DNA of 63,973 bases, counting the filler, from Vicugna vicugna (Eukaryota), in the NCBI GenBank assembly GCA_013265495.1. It is 85 parts of 85 records of this genome, joined end to end, with 100 filler letters (N's around TTAATTAATTAA, not from the genome) between each part and the next. Parts side by side here need not be neighbours in the genome. Positions count along the whole stretch, not along the records: positions 25,048 to 25,799 come from PNXW01002019.1; positions 25,900 to 26,301 come from PNXW01002020.1; positions 26,402 to 27,289 come from PNXW01002022.1; positions 27,390 to 27,825 come from PNXW01002023.1; positions 27,926 to 28,410 come from PNXW01002024.1; positions 28,511 to 29,354 come from MU057841.1; positions 29,455 to 30,013 come from MU057843.1; positions 30,114 to 30,793 come from PNXW01002034.1; 77 more parts are not named here. One strand, given 5' to 3'. A model generated the notes under the pieces. It was not told the DNA's origin, ran no database searches, and saw nothing but the letters and a program-made list of their open reading frames with translations. This document shows positions 25,738 through 38,104 of the stretch, piece by piece (the first letter of the stretch is position 1; each line of letters opens with the position of its first letter). The translations under genes and the position numbers were made by a program.

Positions 25738-26401
25738 TTAATTTAAGGTAATTAAAAAAATATAATTCCTTTGAGAGCTAGTTATCTGTGCAATACAGCN
25801 NNNNNNNNNNNNNNNNNNNNNNNNNNNNNNNNNNNNNNNNNNNTTAATTAATTAANNNNNNNNNNNNNNNNNNNNNNNNNNNNNNNNNNNNNNNNNNNNT
25901 GAGGCTTCTCCTGGGAGGAGCCTGCAGACCCCCAGTCCAGCCTCACAATGATGGTCCTCAGTGTCACTCCTGGCTTGCTGCCCTGGCCAGAACCTCACTG
26001 GATTGTCGATAAATGTCACCCATATACCACATCTAAGCTTGGGGTCCAGATGTGATCATGGTTCTTATTTTCTTCCCATCGATGGATTGTTTGATCTTCG
26101 TGTAATCGTGTCGGCAGGAAGGCCAGTACCGCCCTCTTGGGGCCTCCACGAGCCGCCTCTGTCTATAACTGTCCTAGCGCCCCAGGGGATCGGGTCTGAA
26201 GCCTGGCACTCAGACACGAAAATGACAGCTGGAGAGACAGGAATCCACACCTGCTTTGGCTTCTGCTGAGGCTCGATGTGGCCATACAAACGGATCCCAC
26301 ANNNNNNNNNNNNNNNNNNNNNNNNNNNNNNNNNNNNNNNNNNNNTTAATTAATTAANNNNNNNNNNNNNNNNNNNNNNNNNNNNNNNNNNNNNNNNNNN
26401 N

Positions 26402-27289
26402 GAGGTTCCACCAACGGTCGGCAGCACGTGGGTTCTAATGGTATGCCTGTGCTCGTCTCCATTGAGGGTTTTCCTCATTCTCTCTGCCAGGGAATGCTAG
26501 GCGGGTTGCAGGAAATCCCATTGACTGAGACTGACTCCCCAAGTTCAGGGAATGTATTTCTCGGACTTCCCCGAGCAGGGAACACCTGTGACTGAAGAGA
26601 GCAGCGTGGAGTTGTCTCTCGAGCTCCCTCACTCAATGACAATATTTCCGGAATCCTGAGCGGGGGAAGGTTCCAACAACGGTCGGCAGCACGTGGGTTC
26701 TAAGGGAATGCCTGTACTCATCTCCCCTGAGGGTTTTCCTCATGTCTCTGTGCCAGGGAATGCTAGGGGGGTTTGCAGGAAATCCCAGTGATAGAGGTTG
26801 CCTCCTCAAGGTCAGGGAACTTATTTCTAGGACTTCCCCGAGCACGGAACACCTGTCACTGAAGAGAGCTGCGTGGAGATGAATGTAGAGAGATGCGTGG
26901 AGTTGTCTCTCCAGCTCCCCCACGCACTGACAATGTTTCCGGAATCGTGAGCGTGTGGAGGTTCCACCAACGGTCGGCAGCGCGTGGGTTCTAAGGGAAT
27001 GTCTGTGCTCGCCTCCCCTGAGGGTTTTCCAAATGTTTCTCTCCCAGGGAATGATAGGGGGATATGAGGAAATCCCAAAGACAGAGGCTGCCTCCCCAAG
27101 GTCAGGGAAGGTATTTTTCGCACTTACCCGAGCAGGGAACACATGTGACTGAAGAGAGCCGCGTGGAGTTTTCCCTCGAGCACCCCCAGTCAATGACAAT
27201 TTTTCTGGGATCCTGAGAGTGGTGAGGTTCCAAGAACAGTCGACAGCGCGTGGGTTCAAACAGAAAACCTAAGCTCGTCTCCCCTGAGG
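26402..27289. repeat. Satellite A
   Basis: About 3.2 monomers, one with a ~24-bp internal duplication near 26879. Confidence 0.95.
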
Positions 27290-27389
27290 NNNNNNNNNNN
27301 NNNNNNNNNNNNNNNNNNNNNNNNNNNNNNNNNTTAATTAATTAANNNNNNNNNNNNNNNNNNNNNNNNNNNNNNNNNNNNNNNNNNNN

Positions 27390-27825
27390 GTAAATATTTC
27401 TAAGTCTATATTCGCCTTGTTCGGAGGGTGAAAAGTCTGTAATGCACATGCTCACAAGTCAGAAACTCATGATTGTCAAATCCGTCATACATGTAGCATG
27501 TACGGAACCCGGAATGCCATGTTGTTGGAATACATGTAAATTACATATCTGTTAGGTGGAAATCGTTTCAGAAGTATTTTTCTGTGAAAAATTCACGAAT
27601 TGAACCTGGTGTTTGGGAAAGCTTGTGAAAATTTCTACACGTGTCTAGATGAAAATATCCCTTTTGTAGAGAATGAAAGATTAGAAATCCACATGCTCTC
27701 AACTCAGGAATGCATGTTTGTCAAATACGTCATACATGTAGCATATACGGAACCCGGAAAGCCATGTTGATGGAATTAAAATTCAAATTACATATTTCTA
27801 GGGTAGAATTCGCTCCAAGAGGGTT
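27390..27825. repeat. Satellite C
   Basis: The 'aaattac' anchor occurs at 27538 and 27785 (247 bp apart). Confidence 0.93.
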
Positions 27826-28304
27826 NNNNNNNNNNNNNNNNNNNNNNNNNNNNNNNNNNNNNNNNNNNNTTAATTAATTAANNNNNNNNNNNNNNNNNNN
27901 NNNNNNNNNNNNNNNNNNNNNNNNNCAATTTTTGTGTTGCATGTTTCCTGGCAACATGGAAGGTCATTTTAGCCATAGGTAGCGCTGTTGCACCTTCTTA
28001 CAGTCTTAATTTACCTATTTGTAATAGAAGGTTTAAACAAAGTTATTTTATTTTGATTTCTTTGCTTAATGCTTCAGAATAGCACAATGTCCATTACGTC
28101 TGTCTTCCTCGAAAAATTATTCTGCTTATATCTTAGTTTTATTCTGTTATGTCACTGTGAACATTTCAGACTTGTTGTGCAAACAATGGAAAACTTGGAC
28201 TTTTCTTCCAGTGTTAGAAACCAGTGAGCTGGGATTTTATAAAACAGCTAGAAGCGGCCTCTGGAGCACCTTAAAGCTAAGAAGTGTATTGAGTTCCCTG
28301 AGTA

Positions 28305-28410
28305 TTGACCCCGCCGCTGTGCGTTAATTGGTCGTAGGAGATTTGGTACATATAAGAAGGTGTGAAGTTTTTTGACTTGGGTTTGCGTGCACGCGCTGCC
28401 ACTGAGCCAT
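28305..28410 (+). promoter_or_regulatory. Candidate Pol II proximal promoter: GC box, inverted CCAAT, TATA-like element, truncated at a possible Kozak ATG
   Basis: CCCCGCC at 28309-28315, ATTGG at 28327-28331, TATAAG at 28351-28356. The scaffold ends 'ctgagccat' then N. Confidence 0.4.
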
Positions 28411-28510
28411 NNNNNNNNNNNNNNNNNNNNNNNNNNNNNNNNNNNNNNNNNNNNTTAATTAATTAANNNNNNNNNNNNNNNNNNNNNNNNNNNNNNNNNN
28501 NNNNNNNNNN

Positions 28511-29354
28511 AATCTATTCAAATTATATATCTCTAGGTTAAAATTCGCTCCAAGATTTTTTTCCTGGGTTCAAAGTGTGATTCTTGAAACTGGTGAGAGG
28601 AAGAAGCTACGAAGTCAAATTAAATATTTCAGAGTGCATAGGTAACTTGTTTGGTGGTTGAAACAACAGTCATGCGCATGTTCACAACTCAGAAATGCAT
28701 GTTGAGGAATCCGTGATGCATNNNNNNNNNNNNNNNNNNNNGAATGCCATGGTTATGTAAACAATGTAAATTACGTGTCTATTGGTGAGATTTCGCTCAA
28801 AGAGTGTATTCTGGTGCCAAATGTCTGATTTTAGAACCTGGTGATAGGAAAAAGCTATGAAGTCAGATTTAATGTTTCTTAGTGTATATATGCCTTGTTT
28901 GGTGGATGAAAGGTCAGTAATCCACATGCTCACAAGTCAGAAACGCATGATTGCCGAATCCGTCATGCATGTAGCATGTACGGAACCCGGAATGCCATGT
29001 TGTTGGAATTCATGTAAATTACACATCTGTTAGGTGGAAATCGCTCCAGAAAAATTTTTCTGTGAAAAATGCATGAATTCGAACTTGGTGTTAGGGAAAG
29101 CTTGTGAAAATGTGTACACGTGTCTAGATGAAAATATTCCTTTTATAGAGGATGAAAGATTAATAATCCAGATGCCCTCAACTCAGGAATGCATGTTTGT
29201 CGAATCCGTCATGTATGTAGCAAGTACGGAACACGGAATATTATGTAGATGTAATGTAATCAAATTATATATCTCTAAGGAAGATTTCGCTCCAAGAGGG
29301 TTTTTGTGCGATCAAAGTGTGATTCTTGTACCTGGTGATAGGAAGAAGCTACAA
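28511..29354. repeat. Satellite C, one complete ~742-bp trimer
   Basis: The 'aaatta' anchor occurs at 28520, 28768, 29016 and 29262. The first and fourth share 'caaattatatatctcta...tcgctccaaga...tcaaagtgtgattcttg'. Confidence 0.93.
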
Positions 29355-30113
29355 NNNNNNNNNNNNNNNNNNNNNNNNNNNNNNNNNNNNNNNNNNNNTT
29401 AATTAATTAANNNNNNNNNNNNNNNNNNNNNNNNNNNNNNNNNNNNNNNNNNNNTGGAATCATATGTATGGATGTCACACTTCAGGGCCTGCTGGAAAGT
29501 TCCCGCAGACTGATCGTTGTGTCCTCGGTGCAGTATCGTGCCTGTGCCATTCAAAACGTAGCATTTGCTTTTGGGAGATAATGCTGGAGGAAATACTTCA
29601 TCTTCTCACGCGGTGGACTTGGACCACTCTTCCTTGTCCTCTCATCCTTGTGGCACGGGTGCACGGAGGCAACCACAGAGTTGTTGTGCATCCTGTGCCT
29701 CAAACAAATCCATAANNNNNNNNNNNNNNNNNNNNNNNNNNNNNNNNNNNNNNNNNNNNNNNNNNNNNNNNNNNNNNNNNNNNNNNNNNNNNNNNNNNNN
29801 NNNNNNNNNNNNNNNNNNNNNNNNNNNNNNNNNNNNNNNNNNNNNNNNNNNNNNNNNNNNNNNNNNNNNNNNNNNNNNNNNNNNNCGCGCCAGTGGCTTT
29901 CTCATTGGGTTCACGGGTCGGTTTGCTCTCTTGATAGGACCCACCACATCCCACAACGCACTCCAGATCCCTGAGACTCAGCGTGTGCCATCATCCTTAG
30001 CCCTACCCTATCCNNNNNNNNNNNNNNNNNNNNNNNNNNNNNNNNNNNNNNNNNNNNTTAATTAATTAANNNNNNNNNNNNNNNNNNNNNNNNNNNNNNN
30101 NNNNNNNNNNNNN

Positions 30114-31661
30114 AATACTTACTCTGGTTTCTCAGTCTGTTTCCTAGTGCCGGTTGAATGTTCCTGCGTTTTGCACTGTAAATCCGAGTTGAAGTTAGTT
30201 CCTCCCCATATATATGTAAGGACTGGGGTTTGCAACTGAATAGAAACTTTGTGTTCCCTTCAAGTTAGGTGAAGGACGGCTTTAACTCACACTTATCTCT
30301 CAGAACTGATTATGTGTAGAGACGTTCGTTCATCCAGCACAAAGCGAACGGGATACAGGTGAAACAATTACTCTGGTTTCTCAATCTGTTTCCTAGTGCC
30401 GGCTTGAAGTTCCTGCGGTTTGCACTGTAAAACCGAGTTGGATCTTGTACCTCCCCATATATATGTAAGGACTGGGGTTTGCAACTGAATAGAAACTTTG
30501 TGTTCCCTTCAAGCTAGGGGAAGGACGGCTTTCATACACACTTATCTCTCAGTACTGAGCATGTTGAGTGACGTTCGTTCATCTAGCACAAATGGAGTGG
30601 GTTGTAGGAGAAACACTTACTCTGGATTCTCACTCTGTTTCCTAGTGCCGGTTTGTAGTTCCTGCAATTTGCACTGAAAAACGGAGTTGCAGCTTGTACC
30701 TCCCCATATATATGTATGGTGTGGAGTTTGCAACTGAAAAGAAACTTTGTTTTCCTTTCAAGCAAGGTGAAGGACGGCTTTCACACACACATANNNNNNN
30801 NNNNNNNNNNNNNNNNNNNNNNNNNNNNNNNNNNNNNTTAATTAATTAANNNNNNNNNNNNNNNNNNNNNNNNNNNNNNNNNNNNNNNNNNNNTACTCTG
30901 GTTTCCAGTATGTTTCCTTGTGCCGGTTTGAAGTTCCTACGGTGTGCACTGTAAAATCGAGTTTCAGCTTGTACCTCCCCATATATATGTATGGATTGGA
31001 GTTTGCTACTGACAAGAAACATGGTGTTCCCTTCAAGCTAGGTGAAGGACGGCTTTCACACACACATGTCTCTCAGAACTTAGCATGTGGAGAGACGTTC
31101 TTTCATCCAGCACAAAGGGAACGGGTTGCAGGAGAAACACATACTCTGGTTTCCAGTATGTTTCCTTGTGCCGGTTTGAAGTTCCTGCGATTTGCACTGT
31201 AAAACCGAGTTGGGGCTTGTACCTCCCCATATATATATATGGAGTGGTATTTTGCAAGTGACAATAAACTTTGTGTTCCCTTCAAGCTAGGTGAAGGACG
31301 GCTTTCACACACACATGTCTCTCAGAACTTAGCATGTGGAGAGACGTTCTTTCATCCAGCACAAAGGGAACGGTTTGCAGTAGAATCTCTTACTCTGGTT
31401 TCTCAGTATGTTTCCAAGTGCCGGTATGAAGTTATCTGCGTTTTGCAGTGTAAAACCGTAGTTGGAGATTTTTCCTCCCATATGTATTTATGGAGTGGAG
31501 TTTGCAACTGACAAGAAACTTTGTGTTCCTTTCAAGCTAGGTGAAGGACGGCTTTGACACACACATGCCACTCAGAACTGAGCATGTGGAGAGCCGTTCT
31601 TTCATCCAGCATAAATGGAACGGGTTGCAGGAGAAACACATACTCTGGTTTCCAGTATGTT
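30114..31661. repeat. Satellite B (249-bp monomer), two scaffolds
   Basis: 'actctgg' occurs at 30121, 30370, 30619 and at 30895, 31143, 31392, 31642. Confidence 0.96.
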
Positions 31662-31761
31662 NNNNNNNNNNNNNNNNNNNNNNNNNNNNNNNNNNNNNNN
31701 NNNNNTTAATTAATTAANNNNNNNNNNNNNNNNNNNNNNNNNNNNNNNNNNNNNNNNNNNN

Positions 31762-32098
31762 CAAGAGGGGGAAAAGGATGCTGCTCTTTTGTTTCTCCCG
31801 TCTTACAGCCTGGCTTAGGGGGCATTTTTGTGACTGATTGATTGACAGCTCACAGTCTTTGAGTGCTCAGGTTGACTGATTGACAGCTCATGTTCCTTGT
31901 GTTCAGGCTGATTGACAGCTCACGTTCCTGGTGCTCAGGCACGCCCATCTCTTTTGCACATGCACACAGAGAAACTTACAGGAAGGGACTCAAACTGAGC
32001 ACCTTATCCTGAATGCAGGTGTACTGTTATTTTCTGGGTTGCTCCTTCCCCCTTCCTCTCCCCTTTGCTTGATGCTTATTTCTGTCTAACTGCCCAGC
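31762..32098 (-). mobile_element. Probable ERV LTR fragment with internal 'gattgacagctca' triplication
   Basis: Ends 'tctgtctaactgcccagca', a reversed TG start. 'tgattgacagctca' occurs three times. Confidence 0.5.
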
Positions 32099-32099
32099 A

Positions 32100-32221
32100 G
32101 TTCAATATCACTAATCAACAGGGAAATGCAAATTAAAACCACAATGAGAGATCACCTCACACTTGTTAGGATGGGTGTTAAAAAAAAAAAGAAGAGAGAT
32201 AACAATTGGTGACAAAGATGT
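32100..32221 (+). mobile_element. LINE-1 ORF2 C-terminal fragment
   Basis: 'tcactaatcaacagggaaatgcaaattaaaaccacaatgaga' (SLINREMQIKTTMR). Confidence 0.9.
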
Positions 32222-32321
32222 NNNNNNNNNNNNNNNNNNNNNNNNNNNNNNNNNNNNNNNNNNNNTTAATTAATTAANNNNNNNNNNNNNNNNNNNNNNN
32301 NNNNNNNNNNNNNNNNNNNNN

Positions 32322-32690
32322 TCAATGTGTCCAGCATGGACGGCTGGATAGCCAGTGACGGGTAAGATCCTCAGAGGAGGACAACCTAAGACAGGCACAG
32401 CCGGCTGGACCACAGATGGCCTACTCAATGTGTGAAGTATGGATGGCCGGCTGGACCAGAGATGGCCTGCTGAATGTGTCCAGCATGGATGGCTGGATCG
32501 CCAGTGACGGGTAAGATCCTCAGAGGAGGACAACCTAAGACAGGCACAGCCAGCTAGACCAGAGATGGCCTGCTGAATGTGTCCAGCATTGATGGCTGGA
32601 TCGCCAGTGACTGGTAAGATTCTCAGAGGAGGACAACCTAAGACAGGCACAGCTGGCTGGAGAAAAGGTGGCCTACTCAGTGTGTGCAAT
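32322..32690. repeat. 103-bp tandem repeat, about 3 copies plus a 46-bp partial unit
   Basis: 'aatgtgtccagcat' occurs at 32324, 32473 and 32576. Each unit contains 'gccagtgac.ggtaagat.ctcagaggaggacaacctaagacaggcacag'. Confidence 0.9.
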
Positions 32691-32936
32691 GTGGACTTGG
32701 AATTCGAGAGAGAAGGCATCGCTCGGTCCTTGAGGCTGTATGAAGTGGCCTTATAAGCTAAGTGAATGAATGACAAAGGAGCCAGGAAGGGAGAGAAAAG
32801 AAGGAAGGAGGGATGGGAGTGAGGGGAAGGAGGAAGNNNNNNNNNNNNNNNNNNNNNNNNNNNNNNNNNNNNNNNNNNNNTTAATTAATTAANNNNNNNN
32901 NNNNNNNNNNNNNNNNNNNNNNNNNNNNNNNNNNNN

Positions 32937-33781
32937 AATTCTTTACCCAGGTTGGGAAGTTCTCATCTATTATTTCTTTAATTAAGCTCTCTCCTTCCTC
33001 TCTTCTCATTCTGTGATACCCATTATCCTTATGTTGCCCTTCTTAATGGAGTCAAATATTTCTTATAATAGGAGTCAAATATTTCTTATAATTTCTTTAT
33101 TTAAAAAAAAAAACTTACTTTCATCTCCCTTTCTACCTGAATTCTTTCTAAATTTCTGCTCCAAGTGAACCAACTATCACTTCCATATTGTCTACTCTCT
33201 TTTGAATGCTTCCTAATACATTTTTTTAAATCTCATTTTTGAGTTCTTCTGCTCCAGAATTTCTACTTGGTTCTTTTGTTAGAGTTTTCTCTTTGGTTAA
33301 ATATTCCTTCTGTTCATTAATTTTATTTGTGAGTTCACTGAACTGCATTTAGAGCTTTCTTGTAGCGCATTTTGTTTCCTTATGACACCAGTTTGAACTC
33401 TTTTATCAGATTGCAGCATTTCATAACTATCTTTGATTTCTGGTGAATTTGTCATTGTCTTTCTGTGGTAGAGTGTTACTGTGGTTCTTCATGGTGCTTG
33501 ATGAGTGAGTTATTCCTTTGCTGGAGTCTTTGACGTAGTGAATACATTTCTTCTTTAAAAAGTAAAGCTTTAAAAAGTTTTTTTTTTTATTCTAATGGTT
33601 CAACAGATTGGAAATTAGAAACCTTTCTTATTCCAATAGGTGGCAGCATAGCACAATTATTTGGTTTCTCTTACCTGAGCTGCCTCTGATTCTGTTTCAG
33701 TTGGCATTTTCCACTCTCCATTTCCTAAATCAGGTATGTACCCCGGTGCCCTTGTTACCACTGCTTGTGCCTCCAGGGTCA
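32937..33781 (-). mobile_element. Old LINE-1 ORF1/5' region
   Basis: 'ccaggttgggaagttctcatctattatttcttta' and 'gagttcttctgctccagaatttctacttggttcttt'. Confidence 0.75.
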
Positions 33782-33881
33782 NNNNNNNNNNNNNNNNNNN
33801 NNNNNNNNNNNNNNNNNNNNNNNNNTTAATTAATTAANNNNNNNNNNNNNNNNNNNNNNNNNNNNNNNNNNNNNNNNNNNN

Positions 33882-34589
33882 CTGTGAAAAAACCACGAAT
33901 TCGTAACTGGTTTTAGGGAAAGCTTGGGAAAATGTGAATACGAGTCTAGATGAAAATATTCCTTTTATAGAGGATGAAAGATTAGTAATCCACATGATCT
34001 ATACTCAGCAATGTATGTTTGTCAAATCATTCATGTATGTAGCATGAAATGAACACGGAATATCATGTAGATGGAATATATTCAAATTACATATCTCTAG
34101 GTTAGAATTCGCTCCAAGAAAATTTTTCTGGGATCAAAGTGTGATTCTTGAAACTGGTGATAGGAAGAAGCTACGAAGTCAAAGTAAATATTTCAGAGTG
34201 CATAGGTAACTTGTTTGGTGGTTGAAACATCAGTCATGCGCATGTTCACAACTCAGAAATGCATGTTTGAAGAATCCATGATGCATGAAACTTGTTCGTA
34301 CTACGGAATGCCATGGTTGTGTAAACATTGTAAATTACATGTGTATTGGTTAGATTTCGCTCAAAGAGAGTTTTCTGGAGCCAAATGTCTGATTTTAGAA
34401 CCTGGAGATAGGAAAAAACTATGAAGTCAGAGTAAATATGTCTAAGTTTATATTGGCCTTGTTCGGAGAATGAAAGGTCAGTAATCCACATGCTCACAAG
34501 TCAGAAACGCATGATTGCCAAATCCGTCATACATGTAGCAGGTACAGAACCCTGAATGCCAAGTTGTTGGAATTCATGTAAATTACATA
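33882..34589. repeat. Satellite C
   Basis: 'aaattaca' occurs at 34084, 34332 and 34580 (248, 248). Confidence 0.95.
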
Positions 34590-34689
34590 NNNNNNNNNNN
34601 NNNNNNNNNNNNNNNNNNNNNNNNNNNNNNNNNTTAATTAATTAANNNNNNNNNNNNNNNNNNNNNNNNNNNNNNNNNNNNNNNNNNNN

Positions 34690-35299
34690 CCAAGTAGCAT
34701 CGAGTGCCTCCAATGGACTGAGGAAATATTTTGAGGTATTCTCCCTAACGTGGAACACCTGTGCCCCCATTCTTCTGCGTGGGGTGGGTCTCCACACATC
34801 CCCCACACTAAAGGCTGGATTCCGGATCCTGAGTGTGGGGAAGATTCTCCAACTGACAACAGCGACTGGGTTCTAATACAATCCCTACGTTTGCCTTCCC
34901 TGATGACTTGTCTATGCCAGAGTGCGGGGGAATGTGGGGTTCAGCCTCAACAAACAACTACAATCGAGTGCCTCTCCACGGGATGTGGAGGTCTTTAAAC
35001 TGCAATCCACAACCTGTGAATACCTGTGCCCCTTGCAAGATGTGTAGATCTGTTTCCCCACCTCCAGCACACACACGAAGAACTCTTCGGCTATCCTAAG
35101 TGTGGGGAGGCTCCTCAAACTGACGGCAGCACCTGGGATCTAATAGAAGCTCTTGGATTGACATCCCTGATGGTTTCCTTTGGCCAAGATGTGAGTTAAG
35201 GTGGGGTTGGGCACTAAACCAAAGTAATAGCGAGTGCCTCTCTATGAGCAGTATAAGTGTTTACCTACATCCCCAACCTGGGAACACCTGTGATCCAAT
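34690..35299. repeat. Satellite D
   Basis: 'cct(g/a)agtgtgggga' occurs at 34828 and 35095 (267 apart). Confidence 0.92.
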
Positions 35300-35399
35300 N
35301 NNNNNNNNNNNNNNNNNNNNNNNNNNNNNNNNNNNNNNNNNNNTTAATTAATTAANNNNNNNNNNNNNNNNNNNNNNNNNNNNNNNNNNNNNNNNNNNN

Positions 35400-36146
35400 T
35401 TCTATATTCTCTATTCTCTATTCTATATTTTGTGTTCATCATTCCATATTCTAAATTCTATGTTCTATATTCCCTATTCTATATTGTATATTCTGTGTTC
35501 TACATTCTATATTCTAAATTCTATATTCAGTATTCTGTATTCTATTCTATATTTTGTGTTCATCATTCCATATTCTAAATTCTATGTTCTATATTCCCTA
35601 TTCTATATTGTATATTCTGTGTTCTACATTCTATATTCTAAATTCTATATTCAGTATTCTGTATTCTATATTCTAAATTCTGTGTTCTAAATTGTATATT
35701 CATATTCTATATTCAGTATTCGGTATTTAATATTCTAAATTCTGTGTACTGCATTCCATATTCTAAATTTTGGGTTCTATATTCTGTACTCTATATTCTA
35801 TATTCTGTGTTATAAATTCTATATTCTAAATTCTATATTCTGTATTCTGTATTCTAAATTCTGCATTCTACATTCTATATTCTAAATTCTATATTCAGTA
35901 ATCTGTATTCTATATTCTAAATTCTGTGTTCTGCATTCCATGTTCTAAATTCTTGGTTCTATATTCTCTAATGTATATTCTATATTCTGTGTTCTACATT
36001 CTATATTCTAAATTTTATTTTCAGTATTTTGTATTTTATATTCCAAATTCTGTGTTCTACATTCCATGTTCTAAATTCTGGGTTCTATATTCTGTTTTAC
36101 GTCTGTGTTCTGCATTCCATGTTCTAAAATCTATATTCAGTATTCT
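35400..36146. repeat. Satellite E
   Basis: ATATTCT heptamer array. Confidence 0.95.
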
Positions 36147-38104
36147 NNNNNNNNNNNNNNNNNNNNNNNNNNNNNNNNNNNNNNNNNNNNTTAATTAATT
36201 AANNNNNNNNNNNNNNNNNNNNNNNNNNNNNNNNNNNNNNNNNNNNGTAGCTCTGGCATCCCTTTTCAAACAACACTCAGAAATAAACTTACGTATCTAA
36301 ATAATTTAAAGGTTACTGGCAAGACAAATAACAGCGCACATTCTGATTTGTACAATGGTGACATTATTACCATCACCAAGACTAATGAAAGCAATTACAT
36401 AGACTAATAAAAAACATTTTAAGACAAATACGATTTCCTTCTCTAAATCAACATAAAGCATTTTCATCCGTATTTCCAGATTGTTGAAGAAGTTAATTAT
36501 AAGCAGTCTCTGCTATTTATACAAAGATTATAAACGAAGAATTTCTAAGAGATCTTTTTGATACCTCTGGTTTTATAATACACAACAAATTATGCATTAC
36601 ACCTTTGGAACATCAATTATAGTGACTTATTTTAAGATATCAAAATATATGCAAATATATAACCATATAATAGTGAAATATTATATGTAGCAATTAATAT
36701 TTTTCTAACTTAAGATGAATCTTCCTTAGCACAAGCATGATAGGCCTCAGAGAGTGTAGCAGAATGCATCCTGAAGANNNNNNNNNNNNNNNNNNNNNNN
36801 NNNNNNNNNNNNNNNNNNNNNNNNNNNNNNNNNNNNNNNNNNNNNNNNNNNNNNNNNNNNNNNNNNNNNNNNNNNNNNNNNNNNNNNNNNNNNNNNNNNN
36901 NNNNNNNNNNNNNNNNNNNNNNNNNNNNNNNNNNNNNNNNNNNNNNNNNNNNNNNNNNNNNNNNNNNNNNNNNNNNNNNNNNNNNNNNNNNNNNNNNNNN
37001 NNNNNNNNNNNNNNNNNNNNNNNNNNAGAACATAAGCAAAGTCAGGACCAGGCCGCGGGGTTTGGAGGGTCAAGGGTAAATGCCGCTGTGTGTCCACCAC
37101 GACGTCTGCACCCAAGAGAACCTGGGGTGAGACAGACCTCGAGCACANNNNNNNNNNNNNNNNNNNNNNNNNNNNNNNNNNNNNNNNNNNNTTAATTAAT
37201 TAANNNNNNNNNNNNNNNNNNNNNNNNNNNNNNNNNNNNNNNNNNNNTTATTAAAGTATACTTTATAATAACATAAAAACTCTTCCATGCATAAAAGTTG
37301 ATATTCAACAATTAAGTTCACTGTATAAAGTTGTAAGTACATATACTGTATATTATGAAAAATGTTAAGGAATTACATACTATAGTTAAATTCATTCATA
37401 TTTTTTATAGAGATACGGAAATATTTATTCCAAGTTGGATCATCACTATATGTGTGTGTGTATATATGTATATATCTTTCATCCTTCATTCACATTATAA
37501 ATTCTGATAAAATATTGCCAACAATTAACTTTTATACCAAGGAAGGAAAGAAGGAAAGAGGAAGGAAGGAAGGAAAGAAGGAAATGGAGGGGTTTTAGAA
37601 CTCTTGAGATTGAGATATATTAGATAAAAACTCAGATCTGTACATTTGTATATGATAATTATTTTCCTGAAATTATATAAAAACGCATAAAGAAAACTGA
37701 AAGCTAAATATAAAATTATTTACAACCCAAATTTGAGGTTAATTTATATCTTCAAACATTTTTTTAAATTTAATACTACACTGTTCCATTGCTATAATCA
37801 AATTCATAAACAGAAAACTATATATGATATATAATCCTCTCACCATTTATAACACCTCTGAAAGCATTTTTGAAGTAGAATATTTTATATTTAAAGTTTT
37901 TGTCATTATAAAGGCTTTGAATATTTTAACACTATTAGATTTAATTTACTGCATCGTACTATTTTTTCCAATACATGAGAAATAATATCTTATATGGTTT
38001 TGATNNNNNNNNNNNNNNNNNNNNNNNNNNNNNNNNNNNNNNNNNNNNTTAATTAATTAANNNNNNNNNNNNNNNNNNNNNNNNNNNNNNNNNNNNNNNN
38101 NNNN

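Noticed and set aside
30114..31661. CENP-B box in the satellites
   Set aside because: A scan by eye of families A-C found no TTCGNNNNANNCGGG on either strand. D was not scanned thoroughly, and a motif search should confirm.
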